A stretch of DNA of 64,000 nt from an uncultured Actinomycetota bacterium. Its GTDB lineage: Bacteria > Actinomycetota > Acidimicrobiia > Acidimicrobiales > Microtrichaceae. Positions 32,364 through 43,425 of the stretch are shown one piece after another. Each line of letters opens with the position of its first letter. Within the stretch, counting starts at the first letter, position 1. The stretch spans positions 136,502 to 200,501 of the forward strand of contig CAVQRK010000004.1 in assembly GCA_963715225.1 (NCBI GenBank), read 5' to 3'. The notes beneath the pieces were generated by a model. It ran no database searches. It was not told the DNA's origin and saw only the letters and a list, made by a program, of their open reading frames with translations. A program made the translations under genes and the position numbers.

Positions 32364-32399
32364 GTGCGTGAAGCGACCATTTCCGTAGTAGGCGCCTGA
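32364..32399 (+). promoter_or_regulatory. candidate ilvB leader peptide (V/M)REATISVVGA*
   Basis: The 11-codon ORF gtg cgt gaa gcg acc ATT tcc GTA GTA ggc gcc tga sits 145 nt upstream of ilvB. Its Ile/Val codons end in A/T, which is rare in this GC3-rich window. Confidence 0.3.
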
Positions 32400-32434
32400 G
32401 GCGCACGACCGGTCCCTTTCCGCTTGTTGCGCCA

Positions 32435-32468
32435 CGACCTCCCAACCGGGAGGTCGTTCCGGTTTTCC
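32435..32468 (+). terminator. candidate attenuator/intrinsic terminator in the ilvB 5' leader
   Basis: CGACCTCCC-AACC-GGGAGGTCG (9-bp perfect stem) followed by TTCCGGTTTTCC. Confidence 0.4.
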
Positions 32469-32544
32469 GGCCCGGCGCAGCGATTCGCCCGGGCGGCGTC
32501 CGAAGCAGATCCCACCCAACCCGAGCACGACACAGGACCCCGAC

Positions 32545-34319
32545 ATGTTGACCAACGGCGGCGCAGCCCTCATCAAGGCCCTCGAGATGGAGGGCGTCGA
32601 CACCATTTTCGGACTGCCCGGCGGAGCGATTCTGCCGGTGTACGACCCGATCATCGACAGCCCCATCCGCCACATCCTCGTGCGACACGAACAGGGCGCC
32701 GGCCACATGGCAGAGGGCTACGCCCACTCCACCGGCCGGCCGGGCGTGGCCATGGTCACTTCTGGCCCCGCTGCCACCAACATCGTCACCCCGCTGTGTG
32801 ATGCCTACATGGACTCGGTGCCCATGGTTGTCATCACGGGTCAGGTGGGTACGCCGTCGATCGGGACCGATGCCTTTCAGGAGTGCGACACCGTCGGCAT
32901 CACCCGCAGCGTCACCAAGCACAACGAACTCGTCACCCGCGCCGAGGACATCCCGATGTTGGTTCGCCAGGCCTTCCACATCGCCACCACGGGGCGTCCT
33001 GGGCCTGTCCTGCTCGACATCCCCAAGGACATAGTCGACCCCAAGAACCCCGACGCGCACTTCGAGTGGTACTGGCCGTCCGACGAGGAGGTGGCTGCAA
33101 GCCTCCCGGGCTACAAACCCACCGTCAAGGGTCATCCGAAGAAGATCAAGGATGCCGCCCGACTGATCCTGGGCGCGAGTCGGCCGGTGATCTACGCCGG
33201 CGGCGGGATCCTCAAGGCCCGTGCCGCGGAGACCCTGCGTGAGTTGGCCGAGCTCACCGATATTCCGGTGGTCACCACGCTGATGGCCCGTGGAGCCTTC
33301 CCCGACGAGCATCCGCTGTGCCTGGGCATGCCCGGGATGCATGGCAACTACACCGCCATCACCGCCATGCAGCGATCCGACCTGTTGATCGCACTCGGCA
33401 GTCGATTCGATGACCGGATCACCGGTCGTGTCGACGGGTTCGCCCCCGATGCCAAGGTGATCCATGTCGACATCGACCCCGCGGAGCTGGGCAAGGTCCG
33501 CCGACCCGACGTGCCGATCGTCGGCGATTGTCGACTGGTCATCGAGGAGCTGGTTCGCAGGATCCGGGCTCTCACCGAGGAGGGCGAGCACTCGCTGCCC
33601 GATACGCGGGAGTGGCGCTCGCAGATCTCCGGTTGGCAGGAGAAGTTCCCGCTGACCTACGAGCAGTCCGGTCCGGGTGAGCTGCTCAAGCCGCAGTACG
33701 TGTTGGAAGAACTCCACAAACGCGCACCCGAGGACTGCATCGTGGCGTCGGGCGTCGGCCAGCACCAGATGTGGACGAGCCAGTACTGGCGCTTCACCCA
33801 TCCATACACCTGGATCAACTCCGGTGGACTCGGAACCATGGGGTTCTCGGTCCCCGCGGCGATCGGCGCCAAGGTCGGTCGGCCCGATCGGATGGTGTGG
33901 GCCGTTGACGGTGACGGTTGTTTCCAGATGACCGCACAGGAACTGGTCACCGCGGCCACCGAACGGATCCCGGTCAAGATCGCCATCCTGAACAACGCCT
34001 ATCTGGGCATGGTGCGCCAGTGGCAGGAGATGTTCTACGAGGAGCGATACTCCGAGGTGTACCTGTCGCCGGACCTGCCGGACTATGTGAAGTGGGCCGA
34101 GGCCATGGGATGCATCGGCATCCGGGTGGAGTCACCCGAAGAGGTCGGACCGGCCATCGACAAGGCCAACCAGATCAACGACCGGCCGGTGGTGATCGAG
34201 TTCAGGACCGATGCCTCGGAGAAGGTCTACCCGATGGTTCCCTCCGGGCTCACCAACGACAAGGTCGTGGTCGATCCGACACAGCCCGAACCGCTCCAGG
34301 CCGACCACGGGGGCCAACG

Positions 34320-34323
<4 letters not shown>
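32545..34323 (+). CDS. ilvB: acetolactate synthase (AHAS) large subunit
   Basis: GAALIKALEMEGVDTIFGLPGGAILPVYD, HEQGAGHMAEGYA, ThDP motif GGLGTMGFSVPAAIGAKV...DGDGCFQMT...LNN. Confidence 0.95.
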
Positions 34324-35944
<1,621 letters not shown>

Positions 35945-35993
35945 GTAGGTCCCGCCCCAACGTTCACGGGCTCGGTGTTCACCGCCCCCCGCT

Positions 35994-36044
35994 CGTTCTG
36001 TGCTCCGAGGATTGCACTCAGTGCAATCCTCGGAGCACAGAACG
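35994..36044. repeat. 51-nt palindromic intergenic element, copy B
   Basis: CGTTCTGTGCTCCGAGGATTGCAC-TCA-GTGCAATCCTCGGAGCACAGAACG has a perfect 24-bp stem, 50 nt after the ilvC stop. Confidence 0.85.
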
Positions 36045-36058
36045 GTGGGTGAGAGCCG

Positions 36059-36991
36059 GTGGTGAACAGCGGCAATCAGCGGGGCTCGGCCGCTGTCCGT
36101 ACTCTGGTGGAGGTGCTCGTACGCGCGCCTGCCTCGTCAGCCAACCTGGGGCCGGGCTTCGACTGCCTGGCCATGGCGCTGGACATTCCTTTCTGGCTGG
36201 CGGCACTCGTACCGGGGTCGCCGGATCCACCCGACGTGCCCGGCCACTCGGGCCCCGTCCCGATGGTGCTGGCGGAGCCGACCCATCCGGCGTCGGTGGC
36301 TTTCCGTTCCGCCGGTGGCGACCCCGCTGCGGAGCTGTGGTGGCGCAGTCCGATACCTCCTGGACGCGGGCAGGGATTCTCCGGTGCCGCTCGGGTGGCG
36401 GGGGCGTTCGCTGCCCGACGAATCATGGGCGCTCCGGAGACAGAGGCGCGCGGAGATGCACGCGCCGTCGCCGCGGAACTGGAGGGGCACGCTGACAACG
36501 CAGCTGCCAGTTCCCTCGGTGGCTTCACGGTTTCCGCCGGCGACACCGACATACGTCTGGCCATTCCTGCTGACACAGAGGTCGCACTCTGGTGGCCCGA
36601 TGAAGGCGTGGGGACCGATCAGTCCAGACAGCACATGGTCGAGTACGTCACTCTTGCCGATGCAGCGTTCAATGTCGCGCACGCTGCCCTGTGGGTGGCG
36701 GCCATGGGAACGGGGGATCTCGGGGCTCTGCGTGTCGCCACCGAGGACCGCCTCCACCAGTCGTCCCGTCTGGCCGCGCTGCCCGAGTCGTCAGCAGCGC
36801 TCGGTGTCTTCCTGGAGGACCCTGAGGTGTGGGGCGCGTGGCTGTCCGGATCGGGACCCACTGTCGCCGCACTGGTGCCGGCCGGACACAGGTTGGGGAC
36901 ATCGTTCCCGGAGGGCCGGGTCGCCATCGTGGGCGTGGACACCGCGGGAGTTGTCGAGGTCGCGGAACCGGCCCCTGCCCAGGGTCGCTAG
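36059..36991 (+). CDS. thrB: GHMP kinase, homoserine kinase-like
   Basis: VRAPASSANLGPGFDCLAMAL (ThrB N-terminal motif), HADNAAASSLGG, SGSGPTVAALV. GHMP motif II is divergent (PPGRGQGFSGAA). The start could instead be the GTG at 36107. Confidence 0.6.
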   Translation: MVNSGNQRGSAAVRTLVEVLVRAPASSANLGPGFDCLAMALDIPFWLAALVPGSPDPPDVPGHSGPVPMVLAEPTHPASVAFRSAGGDPAAELWWRSPIPPGRGQGFSGAARVAGAFAARRIMGAPETEARGDARAVAAELEGHADNAAASSLGGFTVSAGDTDIRLAIPADTEVALWWPDEGVGTDQSRQHMVEYVTLADAAFNVAHAALWVAAMGTGDLGALRVATEDRLHQSSRLAALPESSAALGVFLEDPEVWGAWLSGSGPTVAALVPAGHRLGTSFPEGRVAIVGVDTAGVVEVAEPAPAQGR

Positions 36992-37025
36992 TCTCCTCTG
37001 ACCGCCAAAGATGCCGAGGAGCGAC

Positions 37026-38333
37026 ATGAGTGACAACTGGGGTTTCGAGACCCGCCAGATCCACGCAGGACAGGTACCCGACGAGACCACGGGGTCGAGA
37101 GCCGTACCGATCTACCAGACCACGGCGTACACGTTCCGCGACACCGAACACGCCGCCAACCTCTTTGCGCTGGCGGAGATCGGGAACATCTACACACGAA
37201 TCATGAACCCCACCCAGGGGGTCGTCGAGGCTCGCGCCAGCGCCCTCGAAGGTGGGACCGAGACGGCCGTGGGTCTCCCGGGGGCCCTGCTGGTGGCATC
37301 GGGCCAGGCAGCAGAGAGCGTCGCCATCTTCAACCTGGCGGAGGCGGGTAGCCACATCGTGAGCTCCGCGTCGCTGTACGGCGGCACCTACAACCTGTTC
37401 CACTACACGCTTCCCAAGATGGGGATCGAGACCACCTTCGTGGAGGATCCCGACAACCTCGAGGAGTGGGCGGCTGCGGTGCGGCCCAATACCAAGGCGT
37501 TCTTCGCCGAGTCCATCGGCAATCCGAAGAACGACATCCTCGACATAGGAGCCGTTAGCGAGGTCGCCCACGCCAACGGCGTCCCCATGATCGTGGACAA
37601 CACCGTCGGTACCCCGTACCTGGTGAATCCCCTCGCCCACGGCGCCGACATCGTGGTGCACTCCGCAACCAAGTTCATCGGCGGTCACGGCACGGCCATC
37701 GGCGGGCTCATCATCGACGGTGGGAGCTTCGACTTCTCCGCCGGTGACAAGTTCCCTATGTTCACCGAGCCCGATCCCAGCTACCACGGGCTGTCCTACT
37801 GGCCCGCCCTGGGCGCCGGCAGCTTCATCATCAAGGCCCGGGTCCAACTGCTGCGCGACCTCGGCCCCGCGATCTCGCCGTTCAACGCCTTCCTACTGCT
37901 CCAGGGTCTGGAGACCCTGTCGCTGCGCATGGAGCGCCACGTGGCGAACGCACAGGTGGTGGCGGAGTACCTGGAGGGCCACGACCAGGTCGAGAGCGTC
38001 CAATACGCGGGCCTCGCATCGAGCAAGTGGAACGATCGCGTCGATACCTACTGCCCCAAGGGCGCCGGCTCAGTGCCCGCCTTCATCATCAAGGGCGGTA
38101 TCGAGACCGGAAAGAAGTTCGTGGAGGCCCTGGAGCTGCACAGCCATCTGGCCAACATCGGCGATGTGCGCAGCCTGGTGATCCATCCGGCGTCGACCAC
38201 CCACAGCCAGTTGAGCCTGGACGAACAGCTCTCGGCGGGTGTCGATCCCGGCCTGGTGCGACTGTCGGTGGGTCTGGAGTCCGTCGAGGACATCATCGGT
38301 GACCTGGAGCAGGCCTTCGCCGCTGCCAAGTAG
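37026..38333 (+). CDS. metY: O-acetylhomoserine (thiol)-lyase / sulfhydrylase
   Basis: FETRQIHAGQ, AVPIYQTTAYTF, YTRIMNPT, PLP lysine motif VVHSATKFIGGHGT, C-terminal LVRLSVGLE. Confidence 0.9.
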   Translation: MSDNWGFETRQIHAGQVPDETTGSRAVPIYQTTAYTFRDTEHAANLFALAEIGNIYTRIMNPTQGVVEARASALEGGTETAVGLPGALLVASGQAAESVAIFNLAEAGSHIVSSASLYGGTYNLFHYTLPKMGIETTFVEDPDNLEEWAAAVRPNTKAFFAESIGNPKNDILDIGAVSEVAHANGVPMIVDNTVGTPYLVNPLAHGADIVVHSATKFIGGHGTAIGGLIIDGGSFDFSAGDKFPMFTEPDPSYHGLSYWPALGAGSFIIKARVQLLRDLGPAISPFNAFLLLQGLETLSLRMERHVANAQVVAEYLEGHDQVESVQYAGLASSKWNDRVDTYCPKGAGSVPAFIIKGGIETGKKFVEALELHSHLANIGDVRSLVIHPASTTHSQLSLDEQLSAGVDPGLVRLSVGLESVEDIIGDLEQAFAAAK

Positions 38334-38358
38334 CTGCACGGGTAGCGCCGCGGCGCGA

Positions 38359-38616
38359 TCAGTCGTCGATACGCACCGATGGTCGCCCGTCGGCGATCGT
38401 GAGCGTGGCCGGCATGCCGATGAGGTCGACCGGCTCACCGAGCCGTACCGGTGCGGTCACCGCCATGGTCTCGCTGCGGTGCTCACCGCTGGTGATCGTG
38501 AGTTCGATGGCGGTGGTGGCCCCACCGGTGGTGGGCAGGTCATCGGCGTTGATCACGAACGCGTCATAGATGCCGTCGGGGAGGGGCGAGATCCGCTCTG
38601 CGGGGCCAGTGGTCAC
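38359..38616 (-). CDS. hypothetical small protein (85 aa)
   Basis: ORF with non-repetitive composition, convergent with metY. No family recognised. Confidence 0.35.
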   Translation of the reverse strand: MTTGPAERISPLPDGIYDAFVINADDLPTTGGATTAIELTITSGEHRSETMAVTAPVRLGEPVDLIGMPATLTIADGRPSVRIDD

Positions 38617-38687
38617 CGCGCTGTCTCCAGATCATCTCGACGTTGGCGAACAGGCCTTACCGCCCAATACGGTGCCCTCCTCGACCG

Positions 38688-39368
38688 TCACGAGACTGGA
38701 GAACTGTTGCGTTCCCTCAACCGCCGGTCCCGACGAGACCTGAAGACCTCGAAGACGATCGGACCGATTGAGATCGCCACCACGCAGAGCAATGCGAGTT
38801 CGACGTTGTTTGCAACGAGCGGGACGTTGCCGAGGAAATAGCCGAGTGAGGTGACCCCTACGGCCCAGAGAAAACCGCCTATCACGTTGTATCGTACGAA
38901 AACGGAGTACTCCATCCGCCCCGCGCCGGCCACGATGGGACAAAAAGTGCGAACGATGGGCACGAACCGGGCCAGCACTATGGCGCGCGGGCCGTGTCGG
39001 GCGAAGAAGTCCTGAGCGGTCTCGAGGTGTTCATGTTTGAAGAACCTCGAGTCGGGTCGGCGGAAAAGGGCCGGGCCGGCCTTCAGCCCGAATGCGTATC
39101 CCACCTGGTCGCCCGCGACCGCGGCGATGAAGACTCCGGTCAGCACCACCCAGATGTTGAGGTGGAATGCACCGTCGCCGACCTGGGTGGTGAGAGTGCC
39201 GGCCGAGGCCATGCCAGCCACGAAGAGCAGGGAGTCGCCCGGCAGAAAGAACCCGATGAGCAGGCCGGACTCGGCGAAGATGATCGCGAAAAGCAGTATG
39301 TATCCGCCGCCACGGAGCAGCCTCTCGGGTTCGAGTGAGTTGAGCAGGGCGATCAGCACAATGGACAC
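38688..39368 (-). CDS. DedA family (SNARE-associated/VTT domain) membrane protein
   Basis: FAIIFAESGLLIGFFLPGDSLLF, GYAFGLKAGPALF, ARFVPIVRTFCPIVAGAGRM. Confidence 0.85.
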   Translation of the reverse strand: MSIVLIALLNSLEPERLLRGGGYILLFAIIFAESGLLIGFFLPGDSLLFVAGMASAGTLTTQVGDGAFHLNIWVVLTGVFIAAVAGDQVGYAFGLKAGPALFRRPDSRFFKHEHLETAQDFFARHGPRAIVLARFVPIVRTFCPIVAGAGRMEYSVFVRYNVIGGFLWAVGVTSLGYFLGNVPLVANNVELALLCVVAISIGPIVFEVFRSRRDRRLRERNSSPVS

Positions 39369-39540
39369 GGTAGACCACTCTTCCCGCCGGACCCAGACAG
39401 AGCTGAGGGGCTCCTCCTTGTCATCTCAAGTTCCGAAATGGCCAGGAATCGTGCAGTGACAGGGACACTGGAAGCGAGAGTGCAGTGCCTCGGCAGGGAA
39501 GATCGCCGTGGCCGGGGTGCGTGACCGGACTGGATCGATT

Positions 39541-39588
39541 GGCCCTCCGGAACGGACCGGTTTGCCCTGCGGTCCGTCCCGGAAGGCC
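39541..39588 (-). terminator. 18-bp stem hairpin 6 nt downstream of the amt stop
   Basis: In the minus-strand RNA, GGCCUUCCGGGACGGACC pairs with GGUCCGUUCCGGAGGGCC through 16 Watson-Crick pairs and 2 G.U pairs. The same two positions would be C.A mismatches in a plus-strand transcript. No U-tract. Confidence 0.45.
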
Positions 39589-39593
39589 AGAAC

Positions 39594-41159
39594 TCAACTG
39601 CCGCCGCCTTCGAGTATCTCGGCGCGCTGGGCCGGGGGCAGCTGTTCGATCACGACGTCGGTGAGTGAGTGGGACACGTCGAGCGGGTACGCGGTGATGC
39701 CCATCTCGGGATAGTCGAGGCCGTTGAGCTCGTCCTCGACCGAAGACCGGATCCCACCGCGGGTCCACCTGCTCTGGAGGCGGAAGAAGCCGTACGCGAG
39801 GCCCAGCATCACGGTCCAGATGACCGCGGCTCCGATGGCCTGAGCCAGGAGCTGGCGGCCGCCCAGGCCGAAGTCGTACAGGAGCCCGGTCACCCCGGCG
39901 TCACCGTGGTCGGTTCCGTTCCAGAGGGCTCCGTACTCGCCCGTTGCGAAGATCGCCACGCTGAGTACGCCGAAGGTCCCGCAGACCCCGTGCACCGCGA
40001 TCGCGCCGACCGGGTCGTCGATGCCCCTCCGCTCGATGAAGAAGACCGCTTCGATGACCAGGATTCCGGCGATCACGCCGATGACCGCTGCGGCCCAGGG
40101 GTCCACGAAAGCACAGGGCGCCGTGATGGCGACCAGGCCGGCGAGCATTCCGTTGACAACCATTGCGGGATCGGGCTTGCCGGTGCGGCGCGTGATCCAC
40201 ACCAGGGAGGCGACCAGGCCGAACGCCGCGGCGATCCCGGTGTTGACAGCCGCCACGGTGAAGCGTACGTCGGTGCCGGCGAAGGTCGAGGCGGCATTGA
40301 AGCCGAACCAGCCGAACAGGAGGATGAACGATCCAAGCATGGCCATCGGGATGTTGTGGCCGGGCAGGGCGCGGGCCCGGCCGTCCTTGGCGAACTTGCC
40401 GATCCGGGGGCCGAGCACGAGGGCGCCGGCCAGGGCCGCAGCCCCGCCGGTGGCATGGACGATCCCCGATCCCGCGAAGTCCACGTATCCGAAGCCGAGG
40501 TCGAGGCTGTTGCCCAACTTTGCCAGCCAGCCGCCGCCCCAGGTCCAGGCACCGAAGATCGGGTAGTACACGGCCCCACAGAAGATGCCCCACCAGATGA
40601 AGCTCTTGAACTTCCAGCGTTCGGCCATGGAGCCGGTGGGGATCGTAGCCGTCGTGTCCATGAAGGCGACCATGTAGAGGAAGAAGGCCGCCACTGCGGG
40701 TAGGAGCGCGTCGGACACGTTGTTCAGCCCGACTGCGTCCCAGGACCACCAGGCGAACACCCAGTTGCCGGCGCCGACGATGGCGTCGCCGAGCGGCACG
40801 TCTAGGCCGAAGTAGCCGGGGTAGCTCCAACCACCGAACATCAACGGGAATCCGACGATGAAGAAGCCGACGAAGCCCAGCCCGAAGATGGCCAGGTTGG
40901 TCGTGACCACGTGCGCCGCGTGCTTGGCCCGGCAGAATCCGGTCTCCACCATGGCGAAGCCGGCCTGCATGAAGATCACCAGCGCAGCGCCGATGATGAT
41001 CCACAACAGGTTGAGCCCGAAGCCGTCCGCCGTCGCCGGAGCTGCTGAGGCGGGGTCGAACGTGGGCGAGTCCTGGGCCATGGCCAGGGATGGGATCAGG
41101 ACCACTGCGACTGCGGTGGTCAGGCCGAGCGCGAGCTTGGCACGGGAATGGGTTGACAC
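39594..41159 (-). CDS. amt: ammonium transporter (Amt family) with signal peptide and C-terminal extension
   Basis: IFMQAGFAMVETGF, DFAGSGIVHATGGAAALAGALVLGPRIG, GWFGFNA, AIAVHGVCGTFGVL. Confidence 0.9.
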   Translation of the reverse strand: MSTHSRAKLALGLTTAVAVVLIPSLAMAQDSPTFDPASAAPATADGFGLNLLWIIIGAALVIFMQAGFAMVETGFCRAKHAAHVVTTNLAIFGLGFVGFFIVGFPLMFGGWSYPGYFGLDVPLGDAIVGAGNWVFAWWSWDAVGLNNVSDALLPAVAAFFLYMVAFMDTTATIPTGSMAERWKFKSFIWWGIFCGAVYYPIFGAWTWGGGWLAKLGNSLDLGFGYVDFAGSGIVHATGGAAALAGALVLGPRIGKFAKDGRARALPGHNIPMAMLGSFILLFGWFGFNAASTFAGTDVRFTVAAVNTGIAAAFGLVASLVWITRRTGKPDPAMVVNGMLAGLVAITAPCAFVDPWAAAVIGVIAGILVIEAVFFIERRGIDDPVGAIAVHGVCGTFGVLSVAIFATGEYGALWNGTDHGDAGVTGLLYDFGLGGRQLLAQAIGAAVIWTVMLGLAYGFFRLQSRWTRGGIRSSVEDELNGLDYPEMGITAYPLDVSHSLTDVVIEQLPPAQRAEILEGGGS

Positions 41160-41180
41160 TCAGGTTCCTCCTGCTTGTGG

Positions 41181-41207
41181 CTCCGCCGCCACCTTTCGGC
41201 GGCGGAG
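41181..41207 (-). other. 10-bp perfect GC hairpin between the kimA-like stop and the amt start
   Basis: CTCCGCCGCC-ACCTTTC-GGCGGCGGAG. On the minus strand it precedes the amt AGGAGG Shine-Dalgarno by about 10 nt. Confidence 0.3.
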
Positions 41208-41278
41208 GGTCCGAGCCGCCCCCGTCGGAGTCGGCCACCCGAGCGGTTCCAGCCCCGCTACTCAGGTTGGAGGTGAAC

Positions 41279-43322
41279 CTATGTGGAGGTGGTTTCCGGA
41301 GTGTTTCCGTCAGTCGCCGCTTTCGTTAACTGATCGTCGGGGGCCGCCGCCGGTTCGAAGCGGTCGATGCTCGCCGGTTCCTGGGAGCCGCGGGCGAGCC
41401 CGAGGTCGCCCGCGGTGGCCGGCCGCTCGCCCGGTTCGGTGAGAAGGAAGGGCACGTTCACCACGACGGTGTCGCGCCGGTACTTGAGGGCCACCTTGAG
41501 CGCCAGGGCTGACTGGTTGTGGAACACCCCCTGGTACCAGTGGGGCATCACGAACTCGGCGATCACCACCGTTACGAAGTCGTGGTTCCACCGTGCATCG
41601 AGTTGGTCGAGGTAGTCCTCCACGCTCCCGGTCAGGTCACGGTAGGGCGATTCGATGATCTCCAGCGGCATGGGTATCCCGTGTCTCTCCCAGGCCTCCC
41701 GGATCCGCTCGGCGTTCTCCTCGTCGATGGCCACGGTGACTGCCACCGCGTCCTCGGCGTGGAGGGAACGCGCATAGCGGATGGCGGCGAGAGATGACTG
41801 GTTCACCCCTCCCACCAGAACGACCACGCCGTGGCGGGGCGGCTGTCCGAGCGGTCGGTAGTCCGGGTCGACCCTCAGGCGGCGCGCCACATCGCGCGTA
41901 GTGCCCCCTGACCGCCTTGAACCCCAACACGATCAGGGGGATCAGCGCCACCGGTATCCATGCGCCGATGGTGAACTTCGACACGATGACCACCACCATG
42001 ACCACGGCCGTCGCGGCGGCGCCCACGGCGGAGAACACCACGGAGATACGCCACCCCCGTGACCGCTCCTTGATGTGGTGGCGCACCATGCCGGACTGCG
42101 ACAGGGTGAACGAAGTGAACACGCCGACCGCGTACAGAGGGATCAGCGCGTTCACGTTGCCGCCGAACGCGACCACGAGCAGGGACGCCGCGCCGGCGAG
42201 CACCAGAACGCCGTTGGAGAACACCAACCGGTCGCCGCGGTTGGCGAACTGGCGGGGAAGGTAGCCGTCCTTGCCCACGAGTGCCGCCAGCCTGGGGAAG
42301 TCGGCGTAGGCCGTGTTGGCGGCGAGGATGAGGATCCCGGCCGTCGTGACCTGCAGCGCCCAGTACATGAATCCGGTTCCCCCGAACACGGTGCGGCCGA
42401 TTATCGAGTTCACCGACTCGCCCGTTTCGCTCGGGGTCGGCCGGATGTGTTCGGCCAGGACCGTTATGCCCACGAACGAGGCTCCCAACAGCCCGGCCAT
42501 CCACACCAGGGTGGTGGCGGCGTTGCGCGAGGTCGGCTTGCGGAACGCAGGGATCCCGTTCGAGATCGCCTCGACACCCGAGAGAGCCACCGCGCCCGAG
42601 CTGAACGCACGTGCCAGGAGGAACAGGGTGATGCCGCCGATTCCCAGTGGCATTCCGAAGTCCGATCGCAGCTCTGCCAAGGCCTCCTGGTCGGGCGGGA
42701 GCACCGGCAGGGTCCCCCGGGCCATCTGGTACAACCCCCAACCGATGAGGGCCCCGAGGGCGAGGATGTAGAGGTAGGTCGGTATGGCGAAGAGCCGTCC
42801 GGATTCCTTCACACCTCGAAGGTTGGCGAGAGTGAGCATGGCGATGAAGCCCAGGCAGACGAGCACCCGGTAGCCCTCGAGCGAAGGCACGGCGGAGTAG
42901 ATGGCCTGGGTGCCCGCGGCCACGGAGACCGAAACGGTGAGGACGTAGTCGACCAGCAGCGAGCCGCCGGCCACCAGCGAAGGGATCTCTCCCAGGTTCT
43001 CCCGCGATACGACGTATGCGCCGCCGCCGTCCGGATAGGCGTGGATGGTCTGGCGGTAGCTGTTGGCGACGATCGCCAGCAGGATCGCCACCACGATCGC
43101 GATGGGCGTCAGGTACCCGAAGGTGTAGTCCGAGCGGGCCACCACGGCCATGCCGCCGACGGGGACGAGTACCAGGAGGATCTCCTGGGTGGCGTACGCG
43201 GTCGATGAGATTGCGTCCGAGGAGAAGACCGCCAGGCCGATCGTCTTGGGTATGCGCTGGTGGTCGGCCTCCTCGCTGGCCAGGGGGGATCCGATCAGTA
43301 ACCGCTTGAGCGTGGATGCCAT
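41279..43322 (-). pseudogene. kimA: KimA-type (APC superfamily) K+/H+ symporter homologue with C-terminal cytoplasmic domain, +1 frameshift near 41891
   Basis: The N-terminal ORF 41637..43322 carries KRLLIGSPLAS...FSSDAISSTAYATQEIL, SYRQTIHAYPDGGGAYVVSRENLGE..AGGSLLVDYVLTVSVS, FSSGAVALSGVEAISNGIPAFRKP and LIPLYAVGVFTSFTLSQ. These match my recollection of B. subtilis KimA (YdaO). After ..AVRGHYAR the sensible continuation VARRLRVDPDYRP..VVVLVGGVN..YARSL..FVMPHWYQGVFHNQSALALK is ORF 41279..41890 in the next frame. Confidence 0.65.
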
Positions 43323-43425
43323 GAGCCCGAGCGTGGCTCAGCTCCGGCCCGGGTGTGAAGCGTCTTGTCGACATCTTGATGGTCGGGTGGTTCCCGTTGA
43401 TCTGTGGAAGGTGCAGGCTGTGGCG

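Noticed and set aside
36992-37025. A SAM riboswitch (SAM-IV/SAM-I) upstream of metY.
   Set aside because: The thrB-like/metY gap is only 34 nt. The region upstream of the thrB-like gene is occupied by the palindromic repeat and does not resemble the SAM-IV consensus as I remember it.
38340-38353. The 14-mer GGGTAGCGCCGCGG, shared with 60949-60962; both copies lie in convergent intergenic gaps.
   Set aside because: A single 14-nt GC-rich match within 64 kb, counting both strands, is within chance expectation. There is no extended similarity around it.
43323-43425. A possible c-di-AMP (ydaO-type) riboswitch upstream of the kimA-like gene, as in Bacillus.
   Set aside because: Only about 103 nt are available before the divergent kdpD start, which is shorter than the riboswitch. 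I could not see its pseudo-two-fold ACGGGGA/CCCGA-type core. Only a Rfam scan would be decisive.
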